Of a stretch of DNA of 10,013 nt, positions 7,650-10,013 are shown piece by piece. Location of the stretch: NCBI GenBank assembly GCA_051294375.1, contig JBJCIZ010000813.1, forward strand, positions 1-10,013. The letters run 5' to 3'. Origin of the DNA: Paraspadella gotoi. Lineage: Eukaryota; Animalia; Chaetognatha. The position numbers were made by a program, and so were the translations under genes. The notes under the pieces are model-generated. The model did not search any database. It had not been told where the DNA came from and saw nothing but the letters and a program-made list of their open reading frames with translations. Position 1 is the stretch's first letter. Each line of letters opens with the position of its first letter.

Positions 7650-8115
7650 ACCGCCAACGTCTCACCGCTTTCCACGGTTTCCACGTTCCACACTCACGGC
7701 CGACATCGTTCACCGACGGATGTCACTCCGCCGCGGTCCTTCAACCCGGAAGAATAAACATCACGTTTCACGTGATAACAAACACGGACTGAACGTCAAT
7801 GGGTATTGGGGCACACATCCGAGCGTTCGTCCCGACCGGCACGGTGCACCGCCCAATTCGAGGACGATCTGCGCGCTGGCATGGTCGGGTCCAAGGCGTT
7901 TTGGGCCGGGCCATCGTATCCACGCGGGGCAGGACGATCTCGGACGTGGGGGCAACGCAGGGTCAAAGCGTCGGGAAGACGCGGACAGAGACTCGCATTG
8001 TTGCGTCATCGTGCAGCTTGAGACCTGGGGAAGGTCTTGGGGAATCCTTGGAACTGGAATCCTTGAAACTTTGAAACTTCAAAGCAATCTCTTCGACTTA
8101 AGAACCGATGATTAA
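7650..8115 (+). CDS. SOD3: Extracellular-type Cu/Zn superoxide dismutase, coding exon 2 (catalytic domain)
   Basis: After CTTTCACAG (phase 1, compatible with exon 1), stitched frames give FHGFHV-H-THGD…DGCHSAG..FNP…GNI…GVLGRAIV-IHAGQDDLGRGGNAGSK…RLA-CCVIV. This covers the Cu-ligand HxH, the disulfide Cys, the catalytic Arg and the SOD3-type HAGxDDLGRGGN and RLACCV motifs. The pieces are spread over ORFs 7556..7792, 7720..8115, 7799..8074 and 7806..8021 because of several 1-nt indels. The true stop is uncertain. Confidence 0.88.
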
Positions 8116-8434
8116 AAGAATTAATTCATTTTTACTGTTTAGTTTCATTTTTTATTGTAAATTTATAATATAATTGGCATCTCGCTTAAATAGAAATACA
8201 GTTTTTATATTGGTTATAAAGTTACAACCAAATAAAAATTCTTTATCATTCTAAAATTATTATTATAAATTGGCTCTTACAAGTCCCCGAAGCTTTTTAA
8301 TCAAGACTCTGCACAGTACCTGCCTTATCTATCGGATGAAGTGTATAATGTAAAAAATGTTTCAATTGCATGAAAGGACCACTTCTCAAGTAATGTATCT
8401 AATATGTATGATAACCAAAAACCTTTTTTCCAAG

Positions 8435-8815
8435 ACGCACAGACGACCCAAAAACTGCAGTGACTATTACCCTCCCGTTATTCCTCGGCTCACGGATTTG
8501 GACTTGACAAACTTTGGTGCATCAGCAGCGACTCTTGTGTGCCAAGCACCCTTTATCAACTTCATGGGACACCGGCCAGAGTGTGGTCAGGCCCGCGCCT
8601 CTTTCCGAGACGCGACTTAAGGGGGGATGAGGCCGAGGAAAGAGTGTACTCGACTCGCTCGCTCTTTTCGGGCTCAAGACCCATGACCGTCAGACTCAGG
8701 TCATTGGTCTCGCTCGATCCCGGCCTTCAACGGGTTTCTTCCGTCGTGCCGTAGCCACAGGAGACCACCCAATTCAACCGTCATCCCGTAACATCGGTTA
8801 TGTCTCTTTACTGTG
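8435..8815 (+). CDS. Exon encoding a CUB-like domain (frameshifted)
   Basis: Bounded by TTTTTTCCAAG and TGTG|GTAAGT. Stitched frames give SDYYPSRYSS…KLWCIS…PFINF…PECGQ…FRDA…LFSGSRPMTVRLRS…GFF, paralleling the CUB consensus SPNYP..Y…C.W.I…F..F…C..D…(S/T)..MTVRF.SD…GF. One frame ends YC-G at a phase-1 junction, as is common for CUB exons. Confidence 0.55.
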
Positions 8816-8921
8816 GTAAGTCATTATTATTAACCTTTATATATTATTGGTATGGCCGTCGTAAGTGTTTATGTGTTCGGACTAGGAAAATCCGGTAGGG
8901 GCCAAAGACCAGCTCGTTATG

Positions 8922-9118
8922 AGGCCATTGGAGCCGAGCACATCATTTGCCTCCAATCAAAAGGTCCGGGGTTCTAGCCCGGTGGGTCACCTAGCAGTAA
9001 GAGGGGACCGGGGCGCTACACGGTGCTACAGCCTGATCCGAAGCTCAGGACTGCTTATATTGAACGGGTTCTATCACTAACTCATAACAATTATTATTGT
9101 CTCTTCAGTTTGATAATT
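8922..9118 (+). mobile_element. tRNA-derived SINE, copy 3
   Basis: B-box-like GGTTCTAGCCC at 8970-8980. Colinear with copy 1 through the AT-rich tail. Confidence 0.75.
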
Positions 9119-9399
9119 TCCTTTTGTTTTGTTGTGTGATAAAAACAAAAATTCTCCTATTTGTCTCTATTATTAATTTGGTTTAATTTTCATAATGTCT
9201 AATGTCTAAAATCTGATAAAATAGGATAAACAAGGTGGTTGATCTGCGAAAGTACCACCCGCCTTTGAATTGTGCAAGAGAACAAGTTTTAGCAACAAAC
9301 TGCTACGATAATTATGCTAGATTATGGCATAATTTATTATCCGAAGATAATAAGTTGTGAGCTAAGAATGCCGAATCTGCCACGATCATTAGCGGTAAA

Positions 9400-9760
9400 A
9401 TTAATTAATTAGTTAATAATTAATTAATTGATGCGACATTTTTTTCGTTTTTTCATCACTACCACAACAAAGCAATGACGAAACGGTGATGGGACAGACG
9501 ACGACAATAATGCGATAACGATTAATTGATTTGTGCTTACTGATAATGATTGACTTGATTTGATGGATTGATTAAATAATAATTAATTGATTGAAATGAA
9601 TATGAATGATTGAATAATTAATTAGATTGATTTATTAATTAATTAATTGATTTATTGAATTAATTAATTGATTTATTAAATTTAAGATTAATTAATTTAG
9701 ATTATTGAAAATTATTTGACTAATTGATTAAGTAACTGATTAATTATTGTAGTAATTAAT
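9400..9760. repeat. AT-rich low-complexity repeat (TAATTAATTGATT-like)
   Basis: Many degenerate taattaattgattt units, densest at 9570-9760. Confidence 0.85.
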
Positions 9761-9763
9761 ATA

Positions 9764-9903
9764 TCTTTTCAACAACGATTTGATTTTTTATTGACCCGAA
9801 CATGTTTCAGCTTTCATGCAACAAATGCGCTGATGAAGGCTTGCATGAAAGCCCGGAAAACATGTCGGCCTGTCATAATGAAAATCAAATCGTTGTTGAA
9901 AGA
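9764..9903. mobile_element. Penelope-like element remnant: inverted pair of pseudo-LTR fragments
   Basis: 9764-9821 is the imperfect reverse complement of 9841-9903 (TCTTTTCAACAACGATTTGATTTT… / …AAAATCAAATCGTTGTTGAAAAGA). Both arms carry the hammerhead 3' half GAAA(A)CATGT(T)C, and the minus arm has AATAAA just downstream. No RT ORF is present. Confidence 0.65.
9826..9871 (+). ncRNA. Minimal type I hammerhead ribozyme (PLE/retrozyme type), possibly degenerate
   Basis: Core CTGATGA (9830-9836), stem II GGCTT-gcatga-AAGCC, then (CG)GAAAA, palindromic ACATGT in place of stem III, and a GUC cleavage triplet ending at 9866. Stem I is weak, and there are extra bases around GAAA. Confidence 0.7.
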
Positions 9904-9922
9904 CTTCGTCTTCATTTCGTGA

Positions 9923-10013
9923 CATAATTTATCATAAATTTTTTGCTTCTGACATGATTTAAGTCACTTACCGCAAGCCTTTGGGTTGGGACGGACGGGA
10001 GCCGACAAAGGTG
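9923..10013 (-). mobile_element. Second, partial copy of the HINE-like element 5' region (runs off the window edge)
   Basis: Reverse complement CACCTTTGTCGGCTCCCGTCCGTCCC…CTTGCGG…ACTTAAATCATGTCA…TTATGATAAATTATG aligns with 383-467 (CACTTTGTCGGTCGGTCTGTCCGCCC…CTTGTGG…ACTTATATCATGTCA…TTATGATAAATTATG). Confidence 0.75.

Noticed and set aside
7761-8009. Minus-strand 82-aa ORF
   Set aside because: It is the antisense shadow of the GC-rich SOD exon.
8733-8747. GFFRR peptide as the integrin alpha cytoplasmic motif
   Set aside because: No transmembrane helix precedes it in any frame, and it falls where the CUB 'GF' motif is expected.
9978-9991. 14-nt inverted match to the SINE head (TCCCAACCCAAAGG)
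   Set aside because: It lies inside the second HINE-like copy and the SINE similarity does not extend on either side.

Overview
AT-rich animal (probably invertebrate) nuclear DNA with GT-AG introns, microsatellites and several transposon-derived repeats; it is not prokaryotic. The best-supported gene is a two-coding-exon extracellular-type Cu/Zn superoxide dismutase (SOD3-like, +, 6561-6830 and 7650-~8115). Its intron is largely a G-rich ~30-bp minisatellite, and its N-terminus looks like a long membrane anchor. Weaker, frameshifted exon-like pieces resemble an integrin-alpha leg (calf) region (~2365-2763), a membrane-protein exon (~4175-4315) and a CUB domain (8435-8815). Repeats include a DINE-1/Helentron-associated (HINE)-like element (355-1067, with a second partial inverted copy at the right edge), three copies of a tRNA-derived SINE, the 3' half of a tRNA-Leu, and a Penelope-like inverted pseudo-LTR pair carrying a minimal hammerhead ribozyme (9764-9903). 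Single-base indels interrupt every coding segment and repeat copy, so the sequence may be an error-prone long read or unpolished assembly, and residue-level conclusions are provisional. I see no clearly new multi-gene system. The most interesting leads are the putative membrane-anchored SOD3, the hammerhead palindrome and the composite SINE/inverted-repeat structure.
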